A stretch of DNA of 64,000 nt. It comes from Gaiellaceae bacterium. GTDB lineage: Bacteria > Actinomycetota > Thermoleophilia > Gaiellales > Gaiellaceae. Each line of letters opens with the position of its first letter. The stretch's first letter is position 1. The stretch is from NCBI GenBank assembly GCA_037720595.1, contig JBBJLW010000016.1, forward strand, positions 1,751-65,750. Reading direction: 5' to 3'. A program made the position numbers and the translations under genes. Of the stretch, positions 28,570 through 41,943 are shown in pieces. A model generated the notes under the pieces. The model worked only from the letters and a program-made list of their open reading frames with translations. It was not told the origin of the DNA and did not search any database.

Positions 28570-29672
28570 CTACTCGAGGGTCGACTTCTCGAGTAGCTCC
28601 CGCAGCGGCTCGCGGGCCGCTTCGAGGTCGGCGGGCGTCTTCACCGGTAAGAAGCGACCGCGCGGCCCCTCTCGCGGCACCTCCAGGTAGGTCGTCGGCA
28701 CGAACGCCGTGATCTCGTGGTAGAGATGCTCGAGCTGGACGGCGACGCGCCCGTCCACCGTCTTCTCGACGTGGAGCCAGGTGAGATCGTAGGCCCGCTC
28801 GAGCACGTCGAGATCGCAAGTGAGGGTGTTGACGTTGAATACCGAGATCCGGCGCTGGTCGAAGCCGGGCGGGAAGCGGGGGCCTTCGAGCAGCAACAAC
28901 CGGCCGTCGACCCGCGCGGGCGCACCGCCGATGTCACCCCTCTTTCGGGCGACCTCGGCCGTCACCGGCCGGCCGCAGAGCAGGTGCATTCCGAGCACCG
29001 CGGGGTCAATCCGCGCGCCGAGGTTGTCGACGTTCGAGACCATCACCGTGCGGATTCCTCGCGTTCGGAGCCGCTCGAGCATGCCCGAGCGCGCGAACGC
29101 CGCAAGGAAGTCTCCGTGACCGGGGCTGTAGAGGGAGACGCGCCCGTCGTCCTCGCGGAAGAGCGAGCCGTCGGGCTCGAGGCGCAGGGAGACGGATTGA
29201 GCGAAGCTCAAAGGCTCCGGCAGAGGGAGAGCCGCGACGAAGTCACGGACGATCTCGTCAGTCGCGAAGCTCGTCATCAGCACGGTCGGAATCTCGGTAC
29301 CGAGCGCCGACGCGACCGCCGCGGTCTGCGCGAGCTTGAGCTCCAGGAAGCTCCGGCCGTCGAGCACCTCGACCGTGCCCTTGACGACGCCGCCGAACCG
29401 GGTCGCCATCCCGCCCGTGAGCACGACCGAAGCGACCTCGCCTGACTGGAGGGCCGTCAGACCGGCGGCCCTCGCCTCGCGGTCGTCGCCTCGCTCGGGC
29501 AGCTTTACGATGTCGTTCGCGCGCGGCGGCTCGACCTCGCCGCCGACGGCGTTCGATTCCGGCGCGAGCGAGCCGTCTGCGACCCTCGCCTGCAACCCGA
29601 GGAATGTCTCCTCGTCGAAGCCGTAGCGCTCGAGCGTCGCACGGCTTTCGGCGTCGATCTCGTCGAGCAACG

Positions 29673-29676
<4 letters not shown>
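28570..29676 (-). CDS. UTP--glucose-1-phosphate uridylyltransferase family (UDPGP-type) protein
   Basis: Start trimmed to MTLLDEIDAE (ATGA overlap with the mtnA stop). VVLTGGMATRFGG, SPGHGDF, VSNVDNLGA. Confidence 0.7.
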
Positions 29677-32266
<2,590 letters not shown>

Positions 32267-32268
32267 CG

Positions 32269-32300
32269 GCCAACCTTACCACAAGCGTGGTAAGGTTGGC
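32269..32300. promoter_or_regulatory. perfect 14-bp inverted repeat (GCCAACCTTACCAC-AAGC-GTGGTAAGGTTGGC)
   Basis: Read directly from the sequence. It fills the whole gap between the upstream stop codon (32300..32302) and the merR ATG (32264..32266). Confidence 0.6.
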
Positions 32301-32716
32301 TAAGCCTCGCTCGTTCCTTTGCGCCCGTAGAGATCCTCGAGGCGGACGACGTCGTCGAGCTGCGGCGTCGAGACCTCGAGAATCGTCGTGTCCTCGATCG
32401 CCGTGACCCGATGGATCGTGCCCGGGCGGTAGCGAAAGGCCGCGCCGGCCCCGATCACCTCCTCCGTGAGAACCGCCTGGCCGACCTCGCCGAGCTCGAG
32501 CTTCGCTTTCCCCGACTGGACGAGCCACGACTCGTCCTTCTCCTTGTGGAACTGAAGGCTGAGTGCCGCCCCCGCCTTCACAAACAGCACCTTGCCGACG
32601 TAGATCTCCGAATGCGCCCAGATCAGCTCGTGTCCCCACGGCTTCTCGACGCGACGCACGGCGAAGCTCCAGCGGTCGAGCGAGTCGAAGTTGGGGGAGT
32701 CGGGATCCGTGGTCAA
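32300..32716 (-). CDS. cupin, type II phosphomannose isomerase C-terminal-domain-like
   Basis: KPWGHELIWAHSEIYVGKVLFVKAGAALSLQFHKEKDESW. Confidence 0.75.
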   Translation of the reverse strand: MTTDPDSPNFDSLDRWSFAVRRVEKPWGHELIWAHSEIYVGKVLFVKAGAALSLQFHKEKDESWLVQSGKAKLELGEVGQAVLTEEVIGAGAAFRYRPGTIHRVTAIEDTTILEVSTPQLDDVVRLEDLYGRKGTSEA

Positions 32717-33840
32717 GAGAAGGTCAGAGCACCCGGAGGGATCGACTCACCGGCGGCGATGCGGATGCCGTGAGCGAGCATATTCCTCTCGCCGAGCTTC
32801 GCGCCGGGTCCAACGACGGAAAGGCCGCGAATCTCGCAGCCGGCGCCGATCTCGGCCTGCTCGCCCACGATCGAGCCGATCACCGACGTCGTCTCCCCCA
32901 CGCGCGCGCCCGCGGCGATCACGGACGAGTCGATCACGGCGCGAGCGCCGACCCACGCTCCCGCGCCGACCACCGCGAGGCTGCCGACCCGCGCCCCGTC
33001 CTCGATCACCGCGGCCGCGCCGACGTAGACGGGCGGTACGAGTCGCGCCCCCGCCGCGACCTGCGCGCCGGATGCGACGAGCGTGTAGTCGGGGCCGAGC
33101 AAATCGCCGAGCTCCGACGGGAAATTCCGCTCGAGCACGTCGCAGTGTGCGTCGAGATAGCTCTCGGGCGTGCCGATGTCGCGCCAGTAGCCGTCGAGCC
33201 GGAAACCGTAGAGCGAGCCCGCCTCGACGAGGCGTGGGAAGACGTCGCGCTCGATCGAGACCGGACGGCCGGGCTCGACCAGGTCGAGCACCTCCGGCTC
33301 GAGGACGTAGAGGCCGGCGTTGATCAGGTTCGTGTCGATCTCCTCCGCCCGCGGCTTCTCGACGAACGCCCGCACTCGGCCGTCCTCGGCACAGCGGACG
33401 AGCCCGTAGCGACTCGGATCGTCGACGGGTGCGAGGAGAATGGTTCCGGCGGCGCCGCGCTCGCGGTGGAACGCGAGCATCGCGCCGAGATCGGCCCCGT
33501 GGAGCACGTCTCCGTTCAGTGCGACGAACGTCTCCGAGATGCCTTCGGCGCCGAAACGGATTCCTCCGCCTGTGCCGAGCGGCGTCGGCTCGACCCTGTA
33601 CGAGAGGGCGAGGTTCCCGTGCCGGTCGCTGAAATGGGCCTCGATCTGCGTCGGCAGGTAGCCGCAGGAGAGGATCGCGCGGTCGACGCCGTGCCGGGCC
33701 AGATGCTCGAAGGTATAGGCCAGGAGAGGCCTGTCGACGAGCGGGAGCATCGGCTTCGGCGTCCTCGCGGTCAACGGTCGCAGGCGGGTGCCTTCACCCC
33801 CGACGAGGATGACCGCGGGCAGGCTTCCTGGGGCGCTCAT
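32713..33840 (-). CDS. mannose-1-phosphate guanylyltransferase-like NDP-sugar pyrophosphorylase
   Basis: Start trimmed to MSAPGSLPAVILVGGEGTRLRPLT (ATGA overlap with the ugd stop). C-terminal left-handed beta-helix repeats. Confidence 0.85.
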   Translation of the reverse strand: MSAPGSLPAVILVGGEGTRLRPLTARTPKPMLPLVDRPLLAYTFEHLARHGVDRAILSCGYLPTQIEAHFSDRHGNLALSYRVEPTPLGTGGGIRFGAEGISETFVALNGDVLHGADLGAMLAFHRERGAAGTILLAPVDDPSRYGLVRCAEDGRVRAFVEKPRAEEIDTNLINAGLYVLEPEVLDLVEPGRPVSIERDVFPRLVEAGSLYGFRLDGYWRDIGTPESYLDAHCDVLERNFPSELGDLLGPDYTLVASGAQVAAGARLVPPVYVGAAAVIEDGARVGSLAVVGAGAWVGARAVIDSSVIAAGARVGETTSVIGSIVGEQAEIGAGCEIRGLSVVGPGAKLGERNMLAHGIRIAAGESIPPGALTFS

Positions 33841-35117
33841 CCGGCAGCGCGGCCGATCCCCTCGACTGTGAAGCCGGCCGCGCGCAGGACCGCCGGATCG
33901 AGCATGTTGCGCCCGTCGACGAGCAGCGCCCGTCGCATCGCCTTCGCAGCCTCCGGCCAGTCGAGATCGGCGAGCTCCGGCCACTCGGTCACGAGAATTG
34001 CGGCGTCGGCGCCTCGCATCGCCTCGAGCGGGCTCTCGCAGATCGTCGCGTGCGGGAGCACGGCCTTACCGTCGGCGACAGGATCCCACGCCCGCACCTC
34101 CGCGCCCTCGGCCACGAGCCGCCCGGCGAGCACGAGGCTCGGCGCCTCGCGCGTGTCGTCGGTGTTCGGCTTGAACGCGAGCCCGAGCAGCGCGATCGTG
34201 CTCCCGCGCAGGCTCCCGAGATGCTGCTGGAGCTTGCCGATCACGCGCCGCTTTTGCAGCTCGTTCACCTCGATCACGGCGTTCAGGAGCTGGAAGTGGT
34301 AGCCCGAGTTCGCCGCGAGCTGTTTCAGTGCCAGCGAGTCCTTCGGAAAACAACTCCCGCCGTAGCCGATCCCCGCGCGCAGGAAGCTCGAGCCGATCCG
34401 TCGGTCGAGCCCCACTCCCTCGGCGACGCGGACGACGTCGGCGCCGGTCGTCTCGCAGACGTTGGCGATCTCGTTGATGAAGCTGATCCGCGTCATCAGC
34501 GCCGCGTTCGCAGCGAGCTTGATCATCTCGGCGGAGGCGACGTCGGCTCGGACGATCGGGGCGTCGATCCCGCGGTGCAGCTCGGCCACCGCGTCGGCGT
34601 CCGCTTCGTCGAACGCGCCGATCACGATCCGGTCGGGGTGCTGGAAGTCGCGGATCGCCGTGCCCTCGGCGGTGAACTCGGGATTCGACGCGTAGCCGAC
34701 GTGCTGGAGGCCGCGCGCGTCGAGTCGGTGGCGAACGTTCTTGCCCGTACCGACGGGAACGGTGCTCTTCATCACGACCACCGTCCGTCCGCCGACGCCC
34801 TCGAGACTGTCGATTACCGTCCAGACGGCGGAGAGATCCGCGTCGCCGGAGTAGGTCGGCGGCGTCCCGACGGCGACGTAGATGAAGTCGGCGCCCTCGA
34901 CCGCCTCCGACACCTCGAGCGTGTACGCGAGACGCTCACGGTTCCGCTCCAGGAGCACGTCGAGTCCCGGCTCGTAGATCGGCACCTCGCCGGAGCGGAG
35001 GGAGGCGATCCGCTCCGGAAGAATGTCTGCGATCACGACCTCGTGGCCGAGGTCGGCGAAGCAGGCGCCGGTCACGAGCCCGACGTAGCCCGCACCGAAG
35101 ACCGCGACCTTACTCAC
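33837..35117 (-). CDS. ugd: UDP-glucose/GDP-mannose 6-dehydrogenase family
   Basis: MSKVAVFGAGYVGLVTGACFADLGHEV...GGSCFPKD. Confidence 0.9.
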   Translation of the reverse strand: MSKVAVFGAGYVGLVTGACFADLGHEVVIADILPERIASLRSGEVPIYEPGLDVLLERNRERLAYTLEVSEAVEGADFIYVAVGTPPTYSGDADLSAVWTVIDSLEGVGGRTVVVMKSTVPVGTGKNVRHRLDARGLQHVGYASNPEFTAEGTAIRDFQHPDRIVIGAFDEADADAVAELHRGIDAPIVRADVASAEMIKLAANAALMTRISFINEIANVCETTGADVVRVAEGVGLDRRIGSSFLRAGIGYGGSCFPKDSLALKQLAANSGYHFQLLNAVIEVNELQKRRVIGKLQQHLGSLRGSTIALLGLAFKPNTDDTREAPSLVLAGRLVAEGAEVRAWDPVADGKAVLPHATICESPLEAMRGADAAILVTEWPELADLDWPEAAKAMRRALLVDGRNMLDPAVLRAAGFTVEGIGRAAG

Positions 35118-35132
35118 CGCGGAGAACCCTAC

Positions 35133-37121
35133 TTACCTGATGTTGGAAAGCGGCTTGAGACCCTTCGCGATCGCGAGCATGGTCTCGTTCGAGAGGGCGT
35201 CGAGCACCGAGTTGACGACCCAGTAGGTGGCGCCGCCTTGACGCAGCACGACCATGTGCAGCTTCGGGCCAGAGTAGTGGAGCTCGTATCGCCGGCCTCC
35301 GATCGAGCGGACGAAGTTGCGCTCGCCGAGGACGGGCGCGTCCTCCCAGTCGGTCATCTGCACGCCCCAGTACTCACTCGCTCCCGTCCGATAGGTCAGC
35401 CTGATCGTCTTGTGCTTTCCGTCAGGCCCGATCCGGTAGAGGCGGATCGGCCGCTCGGGATCGATGATCGAGTTGCGCTCGATCGCGGTGGGCACCATCA
35501 GCGGGAACGGCAGCTTCTTCGCGCGTTCCCGCAGGAGCGCGAGCGACTGCTCGGCTCCCGGCGTGACGAAGGGCGGCTGTCGCTTGGGCGTCTTGTCGAC
35601 CGGAGCGGCCGCGATCGTGCCGTGGAAGGTCTGGCCGACCACGACCGTGAGCATGGCGCCGTTCGCCAGCGCTCTGAGCCTCGGCGTCTGGGCGATCATG
35701 TCCTCTGTCGCGAACAGGGTTGCGACCTTGCGCGCCGCCTCCTTGCCGCCCGGCTGCGCGGGGTCGTAGGCGACGCGCGTCGCGAAGAAATCCCAGTTGG
35801 GCGCGTTCGCGGGCTTCCCGTCGGGCGGGTAGATCATCGAGTAGCCACGCTGCGAGAGCAGGTAGCTCGCCGTCGAAGCCGAGCCGGTGATCCCATTGCC
35901 GTTCAGCACCGTGATCGTGGTGTCGCCCGGCGGCGGCGCTTTCGGCTTCGCCTTCGCCCGCTTCGTCGCGCCGAGCGCGACCGTCGTGGCCTTCTCGGGC
36001 GACTCCACATCGGGATTCGAAAACTCCTGGACGGCCCGCTGGATGTTCTCGGACGCCGTCGTCAACTCCCCGTACCCCTCGAGCCCGTCGATCTTCGACT
36101 GGAAGAAATGACCGGGCGGGAGCCCATAGGCGAAGAGCGCGTAGGAGAGCAGCGTCGAGACGTCGAGCTCGTCGCCGCCGCCCACCCCGACCTCGACGTT
36201 GCTCGTCACCGTGCGGACGAGCTTCGGCAGCCGGATCGGGCTGAACTCGCTGCGGATCTGATCCTTGAGCGCTCGAACGAAGAGCTGCTGCCTCGCGATT
36301 CGGGAGAAGTCGGAGTCGGTGTGGCGGAAGCGAACGTAGTCGAGGGCCTGATAGCCGCCCAGACGCTGGTAGCCGGGGAAGAGATTGATCGTGGCGAAGC
36401 CGGCAGGGCCGCTCAAATCGTTGAAGTAGCGGCGGTCGACGTCGACCCAGACCCCGCCGACTGCGTCGACGAGCTGGCGGAAGCTCTTGAAGTTGACGGT
36501 GATCAGGTAGTTCACCGGGAGACCTGTGAGCTTCCGCACGGTCTCGAGCGTGCCGCGAGTGCCGCACTCCGTGTAGGCCTCGTTGATCCGGCCCCGATAG
36601 GTCGGCTTGCCGGGGCACGTCACGTCGACGACGAGATCGCGCGGGAACGAGAGCAGCGAGATCGACTTCGAGGTCGGATCGGCGCGCACGAGCATCACCG
36701 TGTCCGACCTCGGCGGCGTCCCCTGATCGGCGCCCTTGCGCTCGTCGTAGCCCACGATGAGCGCATTGGTCGGGTGGTCCGCCACCGGTACGTCGAGGCG
36801 CTCCGCCGCCTTCTTCACGTCCAGCGACTTGACAGCGACGGCGCCCACCACGTCTTCGTGCACCCACAGATAGAGCCCGCCCGCGAGCGCCGACGAGCTC
36901 ATCAGGAGCGCGACGAAGACGTAGAGGAGAATTGTTCGGAAGGTCGCCCAGCGCGAGCGCCGGGGCGGCTCGGGCTGCCGGTAGATCGTGATCGGGGAGA
37001 GCGCTCCGGGCGGTAGCACCGGCCGGCCGTTCCCGTTCACGGCCGCACCGCGGCCCATCCCTCTTTTCGTCGTGGTGCGCATAGACAGAGGCGGGCACCT
37101 GGGCACCCGCGCAGGCGCCAC
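35133..37121 (-). CDS. LytR-CpsA-Psr (LCP) family cell-envelope polymer transferase with a long C-terminal extension
   Basis: A TM anchor followed by SDTVMLVRADP...SLLSFPRDL...VNFKSFRQLVDAVGGV. An alternative start lies at 37082. Confidence 0.85.
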   Translation of the reverse strand: MAPARVPRCPPLSMRTTTKRGMGRGAAVNGNGRPVLPPGALSPITIYRQPEPPRRSRWATFRTILLYVFVALLMSSSALAGGLYLWVHEDVVGAVAVKSLDVKKAAERLDVPVADHPTNALIVGYDERKGADQGTPPRSDTVMLVRADPTSKSISLLSFPRDLVVDVTCPGKPTYRGRINEAYTECGTRGTLETVRKLTGLPVNYLITVNFKSFRQLVDAVGGVWVDVDRRYFNDLSGPAGFATINLFPGYQRLGGYQALDYVRFRHTDSDFSRIARQQLFVRALKDQIRSEFSPIRLPKLVRTVTSNVEVGVGGGDELDVSTLLSYALFAYGLPPGHFFQSKIDGLEGYGELTTASENIQRAVQEFSNPDVESPEKATTVALGATKRAKAKPKAPPPGDTTITVLNGNGITGSASTASYLLSQRGYSMIYPPDGKPANAPNWDFFATRVAYDPAQPGGKEAARKVATLFATEDMIAQTPRLRALANGAMLTVVVGQTFHGTIAAAPVDKTPKRQPPFVTPGAEQSLALLRERAKKLPFPLMVPTAIERNSIIDPERPIRLYRIGPDGKHKTIRLTYRTGASEYWGVQMTDWEDAPVLGERNFVRSIGGRRYELHYSGPKLHMVVLRQGGATYWVVNSVLDALSNETMLAIAKGLKPLSNIR

Positions 37122-37144
37122 GATAGCCGACGGCTCTGACGGCT

Positions 37145-38245
37145 CTACGCGGTTGCTGCGCGTACAGAGGTCAGCGCATCGGCGAAGAACGCGTTCTCGT
37201 CGGGCGTTCCGACGGTGATCCGGAGCGCTCCGGGCGCGCCGAACGCGCCCAGCGGCCGAACAATCGCGCCCTGACGAAGCAGCGCCTCGAAGAGCGGGCC
37301 CGCTTCGTCGCCGACCTCGACGAAGAGGAAGTTCGCAACCGCGGGTCCAGCCGGCTCCAAGCCGTGCTCGCGGAGCGCCCTAGCGAGCGTCTCCCGTCCC
37401 TCGACGGTCAGCCGTCGCCGGCGCTCGAGCTCGGCAGCGTCGTCCATGCTCGCGAGCGCCGCGACCTGCCCCTGCGTGTTGACGTCGAAGGCGCGGCGGA
37501 TCTTGGCGATTCCCTCGATCACGTCGGCGGCGCCGACCCCGTAGCCGACCCGCAGCCCCGCGAGGCCGTAGATCTTGGAGAAGGTGCGCAGGACGAGTAC
37601 CCGTCTTCCGGCTTTCAGGTACTCCTCGATCGCGTCGGGGTAGTCCGGCTCGTCGATGTACTCGAAGTAGGCCTGGTCGACGACCGTGAGTACGTGCGCG
37701 GGAACCCGCTCGAAGTAGGCGTCGAGCTCCGCCCGGGCCGTCATCGTCCCGGTCGGGTTGTTCGGCGTCGCAATGAAGACGAGCTTCGTGCGCGGGCCGA
37801 TCGCGGCGAGCATCGCTTCCAGGTCGAGATGCCGGTCGCGTAGCGGCACCCGCTTCGGGATCGCGCCGACCTTGAGCGCGTCGAGGACGAAGCTGATGAA
37901 GGAGGGCCAGCCGGTGACGATCTCGTCACCGGGGTCGAGGGACGCGACCGAGAGGTGACCGATGATCGCGTCGGCGCCGGCGCCGGTGATCACCTCCGCG
38001 GGCGTGACTCCGTGCCGATCGGCGAGGGCGTTCCGCAGGTGGAAGGCGCCGCCGTCCGGATAGCGGTTGAGCGATCCGACGCTCCGCTCCATCGCCGCGA
38101 GCGCTGCCGAGAAGGGACCCCACGGTCCCTCGTTGGAGGCGAGCTTGACGACGCGCTCGAGCCCGAGCGCGCGTTGTACCTCCTCCTCCGGCTTGCCCGG
38201 CTCGTACGGAACGAGCCCGTCCAGGGCAGGCCGAAAGAGACTCAC
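37145..38245 (-). CDS. hisC: histidinol-phosphate aminotransferase
   Basis: LASNEGPWGP, NPNNPTG, RTFSKIYGLAGLRVGY. Confidence 0.9.
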   Translation of the reverse strand: MSLFRPALDGLVPYEPGKPEEEVQRALGLERVVKLASNEGPWGPFSAALAAMERSVGSLNRYPDGGAFHLRNALADRHGVTPAEVITGAGADAIIGHLSVASLDPGDEIVTGWPSFISFVLDALKVGAIPKRVPLRDRHLDLEAMLAAIGPRTKLVFIATPNNPTGTMTARAELDAYFERVPAHVLTVVDQAYFEYIDEPDYPDAIEEYLKAGRRVLVLRTFSKIYGLAGLRVGYGVGAADVIEGIAKIRRAFDVNTQGQVAALASMDDAAELERRRRLTVEGRETLARALREHGLEPAGPAVANFLFVEVGDEAGPLFEALLRQGAIVRPLGAFGAPGALRITVGTPDENAFFADALTSVRAATA

Positions 38246-38252
38246 CGCGTGC

Positions 38253-38474
38253 TCAGCTCTCGAGGGGGGCCTGGTCGTCGTCGCTCTTGCGACGCCAGAA
38301 CCAGAGTGCGCCGCCGACCGCGGCGAGCAGCGAGACGATCGCGCCCTTGTTCGGCCGCTTCGAGCCCTCGACCGTGCCGGGCACCGCTTCCTTCGCCTTC
38401 TTCTTCAGCACGCGCTTGGCGGTCAGCCAGGTGAGCCAGCCGAGCGCCGCATTCCGTCGATTCATGATGCTCAT
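38253..38474 (-). CDS. small membrane protein (hypothetical)
   Basis: The 73-aa tail of a longer shadow ORF, MSIMNRRNAALGWLTWLT...IVSLLAAVGGALWFW. Two hydrophobic segments. Confidence 0.35.
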   Translation of the reverse strand: MSIMNRRNAALGWLTWLTAKRVLKKKAKEAVPGTVEGSKRPNKGAIVSLLAAVGGALWFWRRKSDDDQAPLES

Positions 38475-38640
38475 GCAGGAGAGGCTAACAGCAGGCGCTG
38501 CGGGAGGGCGTGCCCTCGCGCTGTCGGAAGAGGATCTGGCCGGCGGCCCCGAGGTCTGTCCTAGGACGCGGTTCGAAAGACCCGCCCGAGTGAGGTGAGA
38601 GACTGGAAACGTCACGGGTCTTCCGGACAGCCTCGGGGCG

Positions 38641-39879
38641 TTGCGGGAGCGGCCGTTCAGGCTGCTCTGGCTCGGCCAGGGCGCGAGTGCCGTAGGCGAC
38701 GCGATGACCGGCGTCGCCCTCACTTTCGCCGTCCTCGGCACGAGCGGCTCGGCGACCGACCTCGGAATCGTCCTCGGTGCGTTCACGATCTCGCACGCCG
38801 TCTTCATCCTCGTGGGCGGCGTCTGGTCGGACCGGCTCCCGCGCCGGCTCGTGATGCTTACCGCAGACATCGTCCGCGCCGCCGTCCAGGCGACGCTGGC
38901 CGTGCTCCTGATCACCGGCAACGCAGCGCTCTGGCACTTCATCGCGATCGCGTTCGTCACCGGGGCGGCCGAGTCGTTCTTCGGCCCGGCTTCCACCGGC
39001 CTTATCCCTCAGACGATCAGCGCCGAGCGGCTCCAACAGGCGAACGGGCTGATCGCGTTGACTCGGAGTGGCACCTGGATCTTCGCCCCTGCGCTCTCAG
39101 GCGTGCTCGTGGCGACCGTGGGCGCCGGCTGGGTGTTCGCGATCGACGCGGTCAGCTTCGTGGTCAGCGCACTCTTCCTCTCCCTGCTCCGCGTGAGGCT
39201 TCCGCCGGCGCCCGAACGGCAGAGCTTCGTCGCCGACCTCGCACACGGCTGGCGCGAGGTGCGCTCACGCCAGTGGGTGTGGGCGAGCCTCCTCGCGTTC
39301 GGGATCGGGAACATGGCGTGGGGCGCCATGTCGGTGCTCGGACCGGTCGTCGCGGAGCGCGAGCTGAACGGGCCGACCACGTGGGGGCTGCTCTCGGCCG
39401 CCGGCGGAATCGGAGGCGTCGTCGGCGGCGTGCTCGTGCTGCGCTGGCGGCCACGGCGGCCGCTCCTGACGAGCCATCTCGTGATCCTCGTCTTCGGCGT
39501 TCAGCTCTTCGCGTTTGCAGTTCCGCTCTCCGTCCCGGTACTCATGACGCTCTCGTTCCTCGGGGTCCTCGCCGTCGTGCTCGCGAACACGATTTGGGAG
39601 ACGGTGCTCCAGGCCAGGGTGCCGCGAGCATCGCTGTCCCGCGTCAGCTCGTACGACTACGCCGTCTCGTTCATCTTCATGCCGATCGGGTACGCGATCT
39701 GGGGGCCGCTTGCGGACGCGATCGGGATCCGGGCGACGCTGCTGCTCGCTGGAGGGATCGTGATTGCGACCAAGCTCGTGGTCGTGCTGGCGCCCGAGAT
39801 CCGTCAGATGGGTCAGGTCGGGACTGCGACCGGGGCGGCCAACGACGAGGAGACCGCCGCCCCGGTCGCGACTTCCTAG
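38641..39879 (+). CDS. MFS transporter (MFS_3/EntS-like)
   Basis: 412 aa, 12 TM helices, GGVWSDRLPRRLVM. Confidence 0.85.
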   Translation: MRERPFRLLWLGQGASAVGDAMTGVALTFAVLGTSGSATDLGIVLGAFTISHAVFILVGGVWSDRLPRRLVMLTADIVRAAVQATLAVLLITGNAALWHFIAIAFVTGAAESFFGPASTGLIPQTISAERLQQANGLIALTRSGTWIFAPALSGVLVATVGAGWVFAIDAVSFVVSALFLSLLRVRLPPAPERQSFVADLAHGWREVRSRQWVWASLLAFGIGNMAWGAMSVLGPVVAERELNGPTTWGLLSAAGGIGGVVGGVLVLRWRPRRPLLTSHLVILVFGVQLFAFAVPLSVPVLMTLSFLGVLAVVLANTIWETVLQARVPRASLSRVSSYDYAVSFIFMPIGYAIWGPLADAIGIRATLLLAGGIVIATKLVVVLAPEIRQMGQVGTATGAANDEETAAPVATS

Positions 39880-41282
39880 GAACTCGCGGCGGCCTTCTTC
39901 CTGTTCGGAATATGGATCGCACGACCGAGCGCGACGAGGCCCGCCTCCTTGATCGCCTCGGAGAGAGTCGGGTGCGCGCACATGCCGTCGGCGACCGTCT
40001 CGACCGTCGCCTCGGCGTCGATCGCGACCGTACCGGCCTCGATCAGGTCGGTCACGTGGGGGCCGACCATGACGAGGCCGAGCAGCTCCCCGTACTTCGT
40101 CTCGTGGATCGACTTGACCCAGCCGACCGTCTCGTTCTGCATCACGGCGCGGGCGTTCGCGACCCACGGGAAGACGCCGACAGCGACGTTGTCGCCGTGC
40201 AGCTCGCGCGCCTCCGCCTCGGTCAGGCCGACGCCGGCGATCTCCGGATCGGTGTAGATCGGGCGGGGGACGGCCGGGGATCCGACCACGATGTCGTGAC
40301 CCAGCGCGTTCTCGGCGGCGACCTCGCCCTCGCGGAAGGCGGTGTGCGCGAGCTGCCAGTAGCCGGCGCAATCGCCGACCGCGTAGATGTGTGGGATGGT
40401 CGTGCGGCGGCGCTCGTCGGCGGCGATCCCCTTCCGCTTGTCGAACTCGATCCCGGCGGCCTCGAGCCCGATTCCCTCGACCACGGGGCCACGACCGACG
40501 GAGACGAGCATCAGCTCGGCCTGCACCGTCTCGCCGTCGCCGAAATGGACGGTGAGCTGAGAGCCGTCGTCCTCGACCTTCGTGCACTGCTTGCCGAGCT
40601 GGACCGCGATTCCGCGCTTGCCGAAAGCCTTTGCGAGCTCCTTCGCCGCGTCGGCGTCCTCCTGCGGGATCAGCGCGTCGAGCATCTCGACGATCGTGAC
40701 CTCGGAGCCGAAGCGCTGGAAGATCGAGGCGAACTCGCAGCCGATGATCCCGCCCCCGAGGATCACGAGCCGGCGCGGCACCTCGGTCGCCGCGAGCAGG
40801 CCCGTCGAGTCGACGCAGCGCGGCGAATCGAGGCCATCGATAGGGGGGCGAAGCGGAAACGAGCCCGTCGCGACGATCGCCGTCTTGAAGGTGACGTCCT
40901 CCCCGCCCTCGACCGCGAGTGTGTTCGCGTCCTTGAAGCTGCCCGCGCCCTTGACCCACTCGACGCCGTTCGCCTTGAAGAGGCCCGCGATCCCGCCGGT
41001 CATCTGCTTGACGACCCCGTTCTTCCACTCGGCCGCCTTGCCGAAGTCGAGCTCCGGCGCGCCGACGTTGACCCCGAGCTTGGCGAACGTCGCTTCCGCC
41101 TGGTGGATCGCGTGCGCGGTCTGCACCCACGCCTTCGTCGGGATGCAGCCCACGCGCAGGCAGGTGCCGCCGAGCTCCGGCTCCGCCTCGATGCAGACCA
41201 CCTTCGCGCCCAATTGGGCCGCGCGAATCGCTGCGGTGTAGCCGCCGGGACCTCCGCCCAGGACGGCGACGTCACATTCCAT
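39876..41282 (-). CDS. lpd: dihydrolipoyl dehydrogenase (E3)
   Basis: VLGGGPGGYTAA and the redox-active LGGTCLRVGCIPTK. Confidence 0.95.
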   Translation of the reverse strand: MECDVAVLGGGPGGYTAAIRAAQLGAKVVCIEAEPELGGTCLRVGCIPTKAWVQTAHAIHQAEATFAKLGVNVGAPELDFGKAAEWKNGVVKQMTGGIAGLFKANGVEWVKGAGSFKDANTLAVEGGEDVTFKTAIVATGSFPLRPPIDGLDSPRCVDSTGLLAATEVPRRLVILGGGIIGCEFASIFQRFGSEVTIVEMLDALIPQEDADAAKELAKAFGKRGIAVQLGKQCTKVEDDGSQLTVHFGDGETVQAELMLVSVGRGPVVEGIGLEAAGIEFDKRKGIAADERRRTTIPHIYAVGDCAGYWQLAHTAFREGEVAAENALGHDIVVGSPAVPRPIYTDPEIAGVGLTEAEARELHGDNVAVGVFPWVANARAVMQNETVGWVKSIHETKYGELLGLVMVGPHVTDLIEAGTVAIDAEATVETVADGMCAHPTLSEAIKEAGLVALGRAIHIPNRKKAAASS

Positions 41283-41296
41283 GTCGAGTCAACTCC

Positions 41297-41779
41297 TCAG
41301 TCCGTAGTCAGGCTCGGTGATGCTAGCGAGGCCACCATCGTCCACGCCTCGGCGCCTTCGGTGACGACCTCGAAGCCGTGGCGCTCGTACAGCTTGCGGG
41401 CCGGATTGCCCGGCTCGACGCTGAGGCTGAGCTGCGCGAAACCGCCGTCGCGCGCCTTCTGCAGCAGCGCCTTCAGGAGCTCGTCGCCGATTCCGTGGCC
41501 TCGCTTCGAGGGAACGACGGCGATCGCGAGCTCGGGCGTCCCCTCGTTCACGTAACCGTAGCCCGGCTCGTCCGCCCGGAAGAGGCGGTACCAGGCCGCG
41601 CCGACCGGAAAGCCGCTCTCGAGCGCGATCACCGCGGTATCGCCGGCCCGTCCCCAGCCGCGCACGTAGCGCGAGGTGAGCGAGCCCGGGACGCGTTCGC
41701 GCCAGTAGTAGGCGTGGTGGAGCATGTCGCGCAGGAAGCGACCGTCCTGGGCCCCTCCTCTGCGCAGGACGACGGGCAT
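41297..41779 (-). CDS. GNAT family N-acetyltransferase
   Basis: AVVPSKRGHGIGDELLKALL. Confidence 0.8.
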   Translation of the reverse strand: MPVVLRRGGAQDGRFLRDMLHHAYYWRERVPGSLTSRYVRGWGRAGDTAVIALESGFPVGAAWYRLFRADEPGYGYVNEGTPELAIAVVPSKRGHGIGDELLKALLQKARDGGFAQLSLSVEPGNPARKLYERHGFEVVTEGAEAWTMVASLASPSLTTD

Positions 41780-41943
41780 CAGTGGCTCGTCCGGTGCCGT
41801 TCTCGCGTCTCTGGCGTGCGAGGCGCAAGCGAGGCTAGGACGCAGGGAGCGCTCAGGCTGGATTGCCTGGGCGCGACTGAGGACGACGCATCGCGCCGCG
41901 GATCGCGCGTCAGAGGCGCTCTGATCGGTGCCGGCCGAGCCAC